A stretch of 64,000 nucleotides of DNA, taken from positions 1 through 64,000 of the forward strand of contig MCFE01000343.1 in NCBI GenBank assembly GCA_002104905.1, written 5' to 3'. The notes beneath the pieces are model-generated. The model saw only the letters and a program-made list of their open reading frames with translations, made no database searches and had not been told where the DNA came from. This stretch comes from Basidiobolus meristosporus CBS 931.73. Taxonomy: Eukaryota > Fungi > Basidiobolomycota. The position numbers were made by a program, and so were the translations under genes. Positions 63,241-64,000 of the stretch are shown here, piece after piece (within the stretch, counting starts at the first letter, position 1; every line of letters begins with the position of its first letter).

Positions 63241-64000
63241 CCACCCATGAAAATCCAGCATATCCAAGAATCTTCCTTTGCCACAAAATCTATCCAGTCC
63301 TTGAGAATGCCTGTCAAAATCCAGATCCCTGACTCCAGTCCTATCCCAGTCCTAGCCCTGATTGATTCCAGTGCGGCATCCTGTTTCATTGACCAAGCCT
63401 TTGTCCAGAAGCACTCTATTCCTGTTACCTTGAAATCCTGTCCAGTCCAAGTAGATGTTATTGATGAAAGATCACTCTCATCTGGTGCTGTTACCCATGA
63501 AACATGCTTACTTCAGCTGTCCAGTACTGCTCACCAAGAAAGAATTGCCTTCAACATCATCAACTCACCACACTATCCTACTGTGCTTGGAAGCTCATGG
63601 CTGAGCTACCACAATTCAACTATTGATTGGAAATCCAAGATCCTGTCATTCACCAGATCCCACTAAGTCAACTCCATGAAATATCCAGACCCTGATAACT
63701 GTGAAAAGACTGTTACCAACAGTTTAACAGCCCAAGATAACTTGCCAGCTGAAGGAGCCCCCTGAGCAAGCATACCAGCCAAGTCCCAAGAGTTTGCCCA
63801 TGTCCTTGACAAGAAGAAAGCAGAACTCCTCCCTGACCATTGGCCGTATGACTGCCCTATTGACCTTGAAGATGGAAAAATCTCTCCATTTGGCCCAATA
63901 TATAACCTCTCCCAGCTGGAGTTGAAAGAACCTCATGGTAATATTGAAGAAAACCTCCAAAAGGGTTTTATTCAGCACTCCAAATCACCTGCTGGAGCCC
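63196..64000 (+). pseudogene. pol: Ty3/Gypsy pol: aspartic protease and start of reverse transcriptase (runs off the window)
   Basis: LALIDSSAASCFID (DSG->DSS), VLGSSWL..HN..IDW, then LPDHWPYDCPIDL..PFGPIYNLSQLEL..ENLQKGFIQHSKSPAGA with in-frame stops. Confidence 0.9.

Overview
Eukaryotic DNA from a repeat-rich genome, almost certainly fungal: one intron has GTATGT..TACTAAC..TAG signals and the transposons are strongly CpG-depleted. An early-diverging lineage such as Entomophthorales is only a guess. There are three zones. (1) About 1.4-17.8 kb is a CpG-retaining gene island built by tandem duplication. It holds about 10 copies (2 intact) of a secreted prepropeptide: signal peptide, acidic pro-region, then a 49-aa cationic Gly/Tyr/Arg/Trp core ending in CDWGC. 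These are interleaved with about 7 copies (1 intact, spliced) of an unrelated 118-aa secreted protein on the opposite strand. This co-amplified two-family locus is the best candidate for an undescribed system. (2) About 18-26 kb and 56.5-64 kb are decayed CpG-poor mobile DNA: a spliced NIMA/NEK-like kinase fragment, CACTA/EnSpm-type and PIF/Harbinger-type transposase remnants, a MITE/foldback family with ATT target-site duplications, LTRs, and a Ty3/Gypsy gag-pol with an intact -1 frameshift signal. (3) About 26.3-56.5 kb is a 34-bp satellite forming two oppositely oriented arrays around a ~2.7-kb spacer, with nested 98-bp and 1,078-bp higher-order repeats. All alignments and counts were done by eye; no database searches were run.
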